The notes beneath the pieces are model-generated. The model was not told the DNA's origin. It made no database searches and saw only the letters and a list, made by a program, of their open reading frames with translations. Position numbers and translations under genes: made by a program. From Erysipelotrichaceae bacterium (lineage in GTDB: Bacteria > Bacillota_I > Bacilli_A > Erysipelotrichales > Erysipelotrichaceae), in assembly GCA_017533785.1 (NCBI GenBank), contig JAFWII010000007.1, forward strand, positions 20,349 through 84,348: DNA of 64,000 nucleotides, in the 5' to 3' direction. Below, in pieces: positions 55,890 to 63,876 of the stretch. Within the stretch, counting starts at the first letter, position 1. Each line of letters starts with the position of its first letter.

Positions 55890-56622
55890 CGCATCCACCG
55901 CCGCCTGCGCCGCTTACGGGGCAGGGATCGAGGACGGTCTCAGGGAGCTCCGTCCGCAGATCACGACCGCGCTCGGGATCGACCGCGGCTGTCTGAATCT
56001 TTATGAATACTTTTTCGACGAAGAGGGGAAGCGCCGCCTCTCGGCTCTGCGGGAATACCGCGAACCGGGTTTTCTGGAGCTCATGCTGAACCGCTTTAAG
56101 GAGACCGAAGTTCCGGAACTGCCGGAAGCGAAGGAGATCCCGGCAGCGCTCGGTTTCGGCATCTACGATCTGACTGCGGACACGTTCAAGGTCATCCCCG
56201 ATACGATGATCCGCAAAGAACCTGAGCTTGCCATGAAAGCTGCGCTGGCCGGGATCGGCAACAAGCCGGTACTGATCGGCACCAGCAAATGCTTTTCCGC
56301 CGGATTCAAGGAGCCTCTGCCCGTATCTCCAATCGTATCGAAACACGATATCACGATCGTGATCGCCGGAAAGCCGAGTCTGCTCGAGGCAAAACGGGAA
56401 AGGGAGGCTGCCAGGGAGCTGGCGCATGCCTTCCCGGTCCTTTCCTTCCGTCTGCGCGCCCGCGCGAACAACTACCTCCGCAGCTACCGTCTGGCGGAAC
56501 GGCTGGAAAAAGAAGGAAAAGCGGTCCTCTGCTCACCGGAAGCCGGAAATGCGGAGGAACTCTATGAACAGGGTCTCTCAAAGGGCAGGGAGATCTGTGA
56601 AAAACTGAAAAACAATGCGTAA
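55870..56622 (+). CDS. hypothetical protein (250 aa), translationally coupled to dusB
   Basis: balanced composition on the same strand as its neighbours; 20-nt overlap with dusB and 8-nt overlap with the next ORF; no motif recognised. Confidence 0.5.
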   Translation: MKIALLDASTAACAAYGAGIEDGLRELRPQITTALGIDRGCLNLYEYFFDEEGKRRLSALREYREPGFLELMLNRFKETEVPELPEAKEIPAALGFGIYDLTADTFKVIPDTMIRKEPELAMKAALAGIGNKPVLIGTSKCFSAGFKEPLPVSPIVSKHDITIVIAGKPSLLEAKREREAARELAHAFPVLSFRLRARANNYLRSYRLAERLEKEGKAVLCSPEAGNAEELYEQGLSKGREICEKLKNNA

Positions 56623-57316
56623 AATCCTGTTATTGACGCTTCTGCTGCTGCTCTGCGGCTGTGCGGAAGCGCAGACGCCGCCGCCGGAACCGGAACCAAG
56701 AGTCACTCCGGCCGTGGTCGTCGTGAAAAAACATCACTATATCGCCAAGGCCGCGGAAGAAGAGGCCTTTTCCTGCACAGCCGGTGACGAGATCGACTAT
56801 ATGTCGTTACTCGATTATAACGAGCGCGACCTGATCGGTGCCACGGTCCTGATGACCGGAGACGGTCTGTCCACGGAAAACCCGGGAACCTTCTCCGTCA
56901 TCATCGCAGTCGTCGACGAGGACGGCTGTTTCTCGCAGATCGAGAAGGAGATCGTCGTCAGGAAGAAATATGTGCGGCCGAGCTATACGCCGCCGGTCAG
57001 CGCCTGGGACGGCGCTCCGCTGACAAAGAGCGCCGGCGTCATCAACGGGCCTTCCGGGAAGGAATCGTACTATAATCTGAACATGTCCGGGGTCATCGCC
57101 ATCGCGAAGAATGCCGGCATCGAAGGGGACTACTGGATCCGCGAGGACGGCGTCAAGATGTACGGCTCCTATATCATGTGCGCCTGCGACGACACCGGAA
57201 CGGCCCACAGCCGCTTCGATATCGTGCAGACTTCACTGGGGACCGGCATCTGTCTCGATACCGGAAGCTTTAAATATGAAAATCCCTGGCAGATCGATAT
57301 AGCAGTCGACTGGTAA
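56615..57316 (+). CDS. hypothetical lipoprotein
   Basis: lipobox LLLLLCGCAE; C-terminal GKESYYNLNM...YIMCACDDTG...LGTGICLDTG region unassigned. Confidence 0.6.
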   Translation: MRKILLLTLLLLLCGCAEAQTPPPEPEPRVTPAVVVVKKHHYIAKAAEEEAFSCTAGDEIDYMSLLDYNERDLIGATVLMTGDGLSTENPGTFSVIIAVVDEDGCFSQIEKEIVVRKKYVRPSYTPPVSAWDGAPLTKSAGVINGPSGKESYYNLNMSGVIAIAKNAGIEGDYWIREDGVKMYGSYIMCACDDTGTAHSRFDIVQTSLGTGICLDTGSFKYENPWQIDIAVDW

Positions 57317-57393
57317 AACTGATATCATAGTTTCATTGGATCAAATCAGCGATCCGCGGCAGTCAGAACGAAATACGAACAGGAGTAGATAGT

Positions 57394-58881
57394 ATGGACG
57401 GATTCATTCAGATCATCACGAACATCAACAATGCGGTCGGAAACTTTGTCTGGGGCGTTCCGATGCTGGTCCTATTGGTCGGCACCGGCATCCTGATGAC
57501 GATCGGCACCGGCTTCTTTCAGATCACCCACTTCCGGCACTGGTTCTCCAAGACGATCGGCGCAGTCTTCACGGACCGCGACGTCACCGCGCATACGGGA
57601 AAACATGACAAATCGATCAGCCAGTTCCAGAGCCTGTGCACCGCTCTGGCGGCGACCATCGGCACCGGCAATATCGCCGGCGTCTCCGCCGCGATCGTTT
57701 CCGGTGGCCCGGGCTCGATCTTCTGGATGTGGATCGTTTCCTTTTTCGGGATGATGACCAACTATTCCGAAAACGTTCTCGGTATCTACTACCGCCGCAA
57801 GAACTCCGTCAACGAATGGTGCGGCGGCGCGATGTACTATCTTTCCGACGGCCTCGGAGCGAAGAAGGGCTGCAAAACGATTGGCAAGGTCCTTGCCGTC
57901 CTGTTCAGCATCTTCTGCACCATCGCCGCCTTCGGTATCGGCAACATGAGCCAGGTCAACACGATCGCTTCCAGCATGAAGATCGCCTTCGGCATCCCGG
58001 CGGTCGTCACCGGCGCAGTGCTGATGGTCCTGGCGGGATTGGTCATCATCGGCGGCATCAAGCGTATCGGCGCGGTCACTGAAAAGATCGTTCCGTTCAT
58101 GGCGGTCGCCTATATCATCGGCGCCTTCGTCGTCGTCTTCGCCCATGCCGGGCAGATCCCGGCAGCCTTTGCGGCGATCTTCCGCGGCGCCTTCGCGATG
58201 CGCGCGGTCGGCGGCGGCATCGTTGGCTACGGCATCAAACAGGCAGTGACTTGGGGCATGAAGCGCGGCGTATTCTCCAACGAAGCCGGTCTCGGTTCCT
58301 CGGTCATGGTCCATTCCGCTTCCAATATCCGCGAGCCTGTCGTACAGGGCATGTGGGGCATCTTTGAAGTCTTCGCTGACACGATCATCGTCTGCACCCT
58401 GACGGCGCTGACGATCCTGACCAGCGGCGGCGTCGATCTTGCGACCGGCGCGATGATCAGCACGGCAGAGAAAACAGCGCTCGTATCGGAAAGCTTCTCC
58501 ACTGTCTTCGGTCATTTCGGCGCGGCTTTCATTGCGCTGGCGATCCTGCTGTTCGCGTTCTCGACCGTTCTCGGCTGGAGCCAGTACGGCATGCGTTCCT
58601 TTGAATACCTGTTCGGCACCAAAGCCACGATCATTTTCCGCGTCGTCTTCGTCGCTTTCGTCCTGATCGGCGCGACGATGGATCTTTCCCTGGCCTGGGA
58701 GCTTTCAGACACGTTCAACGGTCTGATGGCGATCCCGAACCTGATCGGCGTTCTGAGCTGCGGCGCAACGGTTCTGGCGATCACCCGGAACTATTCCGAC
58801 CGGGTGCTGCACGGCAAAGACATCACCCCGATGTATTCTGCGTTCCCGGAGATCCAGGCGATGCAGGAGAAAAAAAATTGA
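57394..58881 (+). CDS. alanine/glycine:cation symporter (AGCS family)
   Basis: SQFQSLCTALAATIGTGNIAGV, FSNEAGLGS motifs, about 11 TM segments. Confidence 0.9.
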   Translation: MDGFIQIITNINNAVGNFVWGVPMLVLLVGTGILMTIGTGFFQITHFRHWFSKTIGAVFTDRDVTAHTGKHDKSISQFQSLCTALAATIGTGNIAGVSAAIVSGGPGSIFWMWIVSFFGMMTNYSENVLGIYYRRKNSVNEWCGGAMYYLSDGLGAKKGCKTIGKVLAVLFSIFCTIAAFGIGNMSQVNTIASSMKIAFGIPAVVTGAVLMVLAGLVIIGGIKRIGAVTEKIVPFMAVAYIIGAFVVVFAHAGQIPAAFAAIFRGAFAMRAVGGGIVGYGIKQAVTWGMKRGVFSNEAGLGSSVMVHSASNIREPVVQGMWGIFEVFADTIIVCTLTALTILTSGGVDLATGAMISTAEKTALVSESFSTVFGHFGAAFIALAILLFAFSTVLGWSQYGMRSFEYLFGTKATIIFRVVFVAFVLIGATMDLSLAWELSDTFNGLMAIPNLIGVLSCGATVLAITRNYSDRVLHGKDITPMYSAFPEIQAMQEKKN

Positions 58882-58940
58882 AAAAACTGAAAACAGACTA
58901 TTGACAGTTTTCAAAAAGTATGTAACTATTTACACAACAG

Positions 58941-59193
58941 CAACGAAGAGAAGAGTAACCGAAGGCTGGTATGGCAGAGAGTCCCGGCAGCTGAAAAGGG
59001 ATATACGAATATTCGGTGAACATGGTCTCGGAGCTGCAGGATCGATACGTAGATCCTGCCGGGTTTGCCCGTTAACGCAATAGAGTATTTCTGATCGATT
59101 CAGCGTACTTGAAGAGGAAATGATCGTGAGGTCATTTTGAAGTAAGGTGGTAACGCGTATAACCTACGCCCTTATGAGGGGTGTAGGTTTTTT
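58941..59193 (+). promoter_or_regulatory. T-box leader (tRNA-sensing riboswitch) controlling metQNI
   Basis: Stem I with AGAGTA specifier-loop 5' side and AGAGAG bay; T-box sequence AAGTAAGGTGGTAACGCG at 59141-59158; terminator ACCTACGCCC..GGGGTGTAGGT plus T-run 59162-59193; TTGACA at 58901. Confidence 0.85.
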
Positions 59194-59250
59194 AAATAAA
59201 GACCACCCCGTGGATTCCTTTTCAAGCCAAAACAGAAGGAGGAGAAACGT

Positions 59251-60153
59251 ATGAAAAAAGCTATCAGAACATTAATCGCTGCATTACTTCTAGTCGCCCT
59301 GTTCGGATGCAATTCCGGCGGAAACACACCGGCACCGGCTGATACCGGCGCAACGGTCAACGCTGTCAACCCGCACGGCTACGAGATCGTTCCGATCGAA
59401 GCCGCGAACCTGCCGCTCAACCTGAAGGACCTCGGTGTCGCTGTCATCAACGGCAACTACGCTCTTGAAGCGAAGCTCAACGAGACCAATCCGGCGATCG
59501 CGATCGAAGAATTCGACGCGGAGACCAGCGTAAGACGTACGAACTATCTCGCAGTCAAGGAAGGCAATGAAGACTCAAGAAAGATCCAGGCACTGGTCGC
59601 CGCGATCGTTTCCCCGGATGTCGCCTCCTACATTGAAGGAACCTACAAGGGTGCCGTCATCACTTCCTTCGTCGACGCAGACGGCAATGCCGTAACTGCC
59701 GGCGAGATCCCGGAAGCTGCCGGTGAAGATGTCACGATCCGCGTCGGCGCTACCCTGGTTCCGCATGCCGAGATCCTCAACAACATCGTAAAGCCCACTC
59801 TGGCTGAACACGGCTGGAACCTCGAAGTCGTCGAATTCGCCGACTACGTCCTGCCGAACACTTCTCTTGAAGAAGGCGAACTGGATGCCAACTACTTCCA
59901 GACGCTCGGCTACCTGAAGAACCAGAACGAAGAGAGAGGTCTGCACCTCGTCGCCGCTGTCGGCGTTCATATCGAACCGATGGGCGTTTACTCCGCTACC
60001 TTTAAGTCCCTGACAGAACTGCCGGACGGCGCTTCGATCGGTGTCCCGAACGATACCGACAACTACGGCCGCGCGATCGATCTGCTGAATGCGCTCGGCC
60101 TGCTGGAAGGCGCACCGACGGATCCGGAAAAGATCAACGAGATCAACGGCTGA
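59251..60153 (+). CDS. metQ: MetQ/NlpA-family substrate-binding lipoprotein
   Basis: lipobox LFGCNSG; NlpA-family pattern VINGNYALEA, LDANYFQ, IGVPNDTDN. Confidence 0.85.
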   Translation: MKKAIRTLIAALLLVALFGCNSGGNTPAPADTGATVNAVNPHGYEIVPIEAANLPLNLKDLGVAVINGNYALEAKLNETNPAIAIEEFDAETSVRRTNYLAVKEGNEDSRKIQALVAAIVSPDVASYIEGTYKGAVITSFVDADGNAVTAGEIPEAAGEDVTIRVGATLVPHAEILNNIVKPTLAEHGWNLEVVEFADYVLPNTSLEEGELDANYFQTLGYLKNQNEERGLHLVAAVGVHIEPMGVYSATFKSLTELPDGASIGVPNDTDNYGRAIDLLNALGLLEGAPTDPEKINEING

Positions 60154-60176
60154 TCGGACGTAAAACTGATCTGACC

Positions 60177-60204
60177 CAGCGGTACCGAAAAGTACCGCTG
60201 GTTT
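60177..60204 (+). terminator. 9-bp perfect hairpin between metQ and metN (partial terminator or processing site)
   Basis: CAGCGGTAC-CGAAAA-GTACCGCTG then GTTTCGTGTTT. Confidence 0.45.
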
Positions 60205-60223
60205 CGTGTTTGGAGGCAACAAT

Positions 60224-61189
60224 ATGATTGAACTAAAAAACGTAAAAAAAGACTTTGGCGATCTCGAAGTGCTGAAGGGGATCACGATCACCATCAAAGA
60301 CCGGGAGATCTACGGGATCATCGGTCAGAGCGGTGCCGGCAAATCCACCTTACTGAGATGCATCAACGGTCTTGAATCGTACAATGGCGGCGAGATCCTG
60401 GTCGACGGCGTGAAAGTATCGACCGCAGACAAGGAGGGGCTGCGCCATTTACAGAAGCATATTGGCATGATCTTCCAGAACTTCAACCTGCTTTCCAGGC
60501 TCGATGTCTACGACAACATCGCTCTGCCGCTGCGTTTCTGGGGCATCGATCCGAAGTCCCCGGAAGCGAAGAAGAAGATCGATTCTTTGATCGAACTCGT
60601 CGGTCTGACGGATAAGAAAAAGGCGCGTCCGCGGGAGCTCTCCGGCGGCCAGCAGCAGCGTGTCGCCATCGCGCGGGCGCTGGTGCTCGATCCGAAGATC
60701 CTGCTCTGCGACGAAGCGACCTCGGCGCTCGACCCGGAGATCACGAAGGGCATCCTGTCGCTTCTGCAGGACATCAACCGCAAGATGGGCATCACGATCG
60801 TCGTGGTCACCCACCAGATGGAAGTCGTCAAGCAGATCTGCGAGCGGGTCGCTTTCCTGAAAGACGGCAAAGTGCTGGCGGAAGGCAAGCCGGAAGAACT
60901 CTTCGTCAAACCGATCAAAGAGATGAAAAGCTTCCTGCAGGAGGAAAGCGGACTGCTTCCTTCCGAAGGCGTCAATATCCAGCTCTTCTTCAGTGATGAG
61001 AGCGCGGATGAGCCGATCATCACCATGATGGCCCGGGAACTGAAGACAGACTTCTCGATCTGCTGGGCCAAGCTCGAAGACTTCCGTTCGAATGTCTACG
61101 GAAGCCTGATCATCAACGTGCGCGAAGAGGACAGGGAACGTGTCTGTTCCTATCTGGACGGGAAAAAGGTCCCGTGGGAGGTGCTGTAA
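60224..61189 (+). CDS. metN: methionine ABC transporter ATP-binding protein
   Basis: [25 protein letters not shown]-terminal NIL/ACT-like domain; GGAGG SD before ATG 60224. Confidence 0.9.
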   Translation: MIELKNVKKDFGDLEVLKGITITIKDREIYGIIGQSGAGKSTLLRCINGLESYNGGEILVDGVKVSTADKEGLRHLQKHIGMIFQNFNLLSRLDVYDNIALPLRFWGIDPKSPEAKKKIDSLIELVGLTDKKKARPRELSGGQQQRVAIARALVLDPKILLCDEATSALDPEITKGILSLLQDINRKMGITIVVVTHQMEVVKQICERVAFLKDGKVLAEGKPEELFVKPIKEMKSFLQEESGLLPSEGVNIQLFFSDESADEPIITMMARELKTDFSICWAKLEDFRSNVYGSLIINVREEDRERVCSYLDGKKVPWEVL

Positions 61190-61824
61190 TGTTACAGATC
61201 ATTCTGAATGCGACGAGACAGACGATCTACATGGTCTTCTTCTCCACGCTGTTCTCCGTCATCCTGGGCTTCATCCCGGCGGTCATCCTGACGCTGACAG
61301 CGCCGGACGGACTGCGTCCCAACAAGGGCGTTTATGAAGTCCTGAGCCTGATCGTCAACATCTTCCGCAGCTTCCCGTTCATCATCCTGCTCGTCCTGAT
61401 CATTCCCTTTACCCGCGCAGTCGTGGGCAAGTCGATCGGAACGACTGCGGCGATCGTGCCGCTGACCGTTTCGGCGATCCCCTATATCGCGCGTGTCTTC
61501 GAGACCAGCCTGCGGGAGACCGATGCGGGCGTCATCGAGGCAGCCCGTTCCTTCGGCGCTTCCGACTGGCAGATCCTGTTCCGGGTCTACATCAAGGAAT
61601 CGATCCCGCGCATGCTGAACGGCGTCATCCTGCTGATCATCTCGCTGGTCGGCTATTCCGCCATGGCGGGCACGGTCGGCGGCGGCGGTGTCGGCGATAT
61701 CGCCATCCGCTACGGCTACCAGGGCTACCACAGCGACTACCTGTTCATCTGCTCGGTGATCCTGATCATCCTGGTCCAGGCGATCCAGATGGTCGGCAAC
61801 TATATCTACAAGAAGATCTCCTAA
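61189..61824 (+). CDS. metI: methionine ABC transporter permease
   Basis: TAATG overlap with metN; EAA loop GVIEAARSFGASDWQILFRVYIKE. Confidence 0.9.
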   Translation: MLQIILNATRQTIYMVFFSTLFSVILGFIPAVILTLTAPDGLRPNKGVYEVLSLIVNIFRSFPFIILLVLIIPFTRAVVGKSIGTTAAIVPLTVSAIPYIARVFETSLRETDAGVIEAARSFGASDWQILFRVYIKESIPRMLNGVILLIISLVGYSAMAGTVGGGGVGDIAIRYGYQGYHSDYLFICSVILIILVQAIQMVGNYIYKKIS

Positions 61825-62124
61825 AAAAAGACACGGCAAGTTTCCTTCACTTATTTTTAGGGGACGGAAATGAACGGAGTTGTGCACTTCAAGCGAAAAA
61901 AATCCGCAATCTTTTTACGATCACGGATCTGATGAAACTATTCTGTTTTCCTTCGCCTGCGAGGACTGTGAATGACAATGAGCCGAGTGAAACGGCAGAG
62001 GGTTCGGGGAGCTGAATCCCCGACAAGTTGCCTGCCATCAAAAATCATGAAAATGAATTTTTGTTATACAAGGCGAATCTTGCTCTAATCAATTGAAAGC
62101 TGTCATATATGCGATAATAGCTGA

Positions 62125-63054
62125 TCATTCAGTCACATTGATCATGATATCCTGATAAAATTCATTTGCTGATATTTCCGGGTTATCACCAAAGAAAGCT
62201 TTTCCTGCTTCTTCATCTCCCTGAAGAAAATACATGAACCAGGCAGTTACGTATCCGTCTGCATAGTAAAGCATTTCTCCGTGGTCACAGTCATTTCTTC
62301 TTGCCAGAACCTTTATAACATCATCTGTTATATTTTCATAGGTTTTCTGCATACTTTCCAGCGGGGAAATAGCGGAGTCTGTCTGTCCGGATGAACCGAT
62401 CATCATTGTATTCGCATGGATAAGAGAAGAATCGGAATCCCATAAAAAGGCTTTTGCCATATCTGTTTCTGTTGAACTTAACATGACTGCTGCTTTGATC
62501 ATATCGGAATGCGGATGGATCGTAATACCGTTAATGACTCCAATACCGCCCTGGGAATGTCCTGTTACACCAATATTATCAAAATCAATATGTCCCTTTA
62601 GTGGGCTTTCATCGTCATTTGAACTGTAGGTATCCGCAAACAGCAAATATCTAATCGACAATTCCACTCCTTCTCCATAGAACGAGTTGTTTTCTTCATT
62701 GGCGATCGTGATAAATCCCCATGATGCTAAATGTTCCTGAAGCGCAGGGTACTTGGAGGCCGGGGTTCCTGTTCCGTTCAAGAATATCACAACAGGTACT
62801 TTGCCCAAATTGTAAATATCTTTCGGATAGTACACTTCAAACTTTTCCAAAGACGAAACTGTGGCACTTTCTAAATGTTCAACTTCATAGCTGCCCATGG
62901 CAAGATATTTTGCTTCGATCTCTCCGCCGGTTTTAACCGTATCCGTATAGTTTTCCGGCACACTTGGACTTTTAGAAATAAAATGGAATAATACTGCAAT
63001 CAGCACCCCAAGCAACAGAATAATGATACCAATAACCTTCAACACTTTTTTCAT
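62125..63054 (-). CDS. membrane-anchored alpha/beta hydrolase (dienelactone hydrolase / lipase-like)
   Basis: N-terminal TM VIGIIILLLGVLIAVLF, VVIFLNGTG, nucleophile elbow GHSQGG; markedly lower GC than flanks. Confidence 0.75.
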   Translation of the reverse strand: MKKVLKVIGIIILLLGVLIAVLFHFISKSPSVPENYTDTVKTGGEIEAKYLAMGSYEVEHLESATVSSLEKFEVYYPKDIYNLGKVPVVIFLNGTGTPASKYPALQEHLASWGFITIANEENNSFYGEGVELSIRYLLFADTYSSNDDESPLKGHIDFDNIGVTGHSQGGIGVINGITIHPHSDMIKAAVMLSSTETDMAKAFLWDSDSSLIHANTMMIGSSGQTDSAISPLESMQKTYENITDDVIKVLARRNDCDHGEMLYYADGYVTAWFMYFLQGDEEAGKAFFGDNPEISANEFYQDIMINVTE

Positions 63055-63078
63055 TTCTTAAACCTCTCTAGAGCTTTG

Positions 63079-63107
63079 TTGACTCTATTTTCTTTTTGTG
63101 ATACATT
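63079..63107 (+). promoter_or_regulatory. promoter of the TetR gene: TTGACT-N17-TACATT with TGa extension
   Basis: TTGACT ctattttctttttgtga TACATT. Confidence 0.5.
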
Positions 63108-63192
63108 TGTTACGTTACATATGTTACATCAACTCAATGGTGACTTCAATGCGTCTGAAGAAAATGTTACATAAACAAGGAGAGTGTTACAT
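63108..63192. promoter_or_regulatory. four GTTACAT repeats, two as the near-palindrome ATGTTACAT (candidate TetR operators)
   Basis: GTTACAT at 63114, 63123, 63166 and 63186; ATGTTACAT at 63121-63129 and 63164-63172. Confidence 0.5.
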
Positions 63193-63688
63193 GGCAGAAA
63201 CATTATCATATGCAAAGACAGAGTTAACAAAAGCGTTATTATCATTGCTGAAAAAAAAGAAACTGCATGAGATCACGATTAGTGAACTGTGCAATAAGGC
63301 AGGATTAAGCAGATTATCCTATTACCGCAATTACGATTCGATGGAAGAGATTATTAGAGAACATCTTTCCGGTATCACCGATGCATTTTTAACTTCCTCA
63401 TCCGCAAACTTCCGTACTACGCCAAGAGAAGAGTTCATTGCTTTGTTGTTTGAACATATGTACAGCATCAAAGATCTGGTTTCACTTCTGATCAGAAACG
63501 ATCTTTCCTATCTGCTAAAAGAAGAGTTTGATTCTGCTTTCATGAGGAGTGTTAGTATCTACAACGATCCCTACAGGTGCTATGTGGCATCGGGAGCTTA
63601 TTTCAATCTCTTTTATTACTGGTTTATTAACGGATGCAAAGAAAAACCGTCCGAGGTATCATGGATGCTGGACGGGTTTCTCGTGTAA
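63191..63688 (+). CDS. TetR/AcrR-family transcriptional regulator
   Basis: start at ATG 63191 (AAGGAG SD); HTH ITISELCNKAGLSRLSYYRNY. Confidence 0.8.
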   Translation: MAETLSYAKTELTKALLSLLKKKKLHEITISELCNKAGLSRLSYYRNYDSMEEIIREHLSGITDAFLTSSSANFRTTPREEFIALLFEHMYSIKDLVSLLIRNDLSYLLKEEFDSAFMRSVSIYNDPYRCYVASGAYFNLFYYWFINGCKEKPSEVSWMLDGFLV

Positions 63689-63841
63689 TATTTGTTTTTT
63701 CAAATTCCAGCCTGTTGTGTGTCTTCCTGGCTTATGCTTCTTTATCAGGATCGCTCACATTCCGTGCTTTTTTTGCGCAGAAGAAAACCGTGCATGGCAC
63801 TAATGTCACTAACTTAATGTGACCTTCTGCTGAGCTTTCAG

Positions 63842-63876
63842 ACAGGATATGAGAAAAATCATATCCTGTTTTTTTA
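63842..63876 (+). terminator. strong intrinsic terminator with no annotated gene immediately upstream
   Basis: ACAGGATATGA-GAAAAA-TCATATCCTGT then TTTTTT, 150 nt after the TetR stop. Confidence 0.7.

Noticed and set aside
57317-57393. Possible glycine or other riboswitch ahead of the alanine/glycine symporter gene
   Set aside because: The intergenic region is only 77 nt, with no conserved riboswitch core. That is too short for a glycine aptamer.
61985-61999. GAGTGAAACGG word shared between 61985-61995 and the reverse complement of 63939-63949, considered as inverted terminal repeats or att sites of the low-GC islet
   Set aside because: The exact match is only 11 nt. No longer alignment, target-site duplication or recombinase gene is visible. 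A chance match between two approximately 300-nt regions is not negligible. I keep it as a pointer inside the islet finding, not as a called repeat.
63108-63192. Repeated GTTACAT words considered as a mini CRISPR or other repeat array
   Set aside because: There are only four 7-nt copies with irregular spacing (9, 43 and 20 nt), located in a promoter next to a TetR gene. Operator sites are the simpler explanation. No CRISPR-like repeat-spacer structure appears anywhere in the window.
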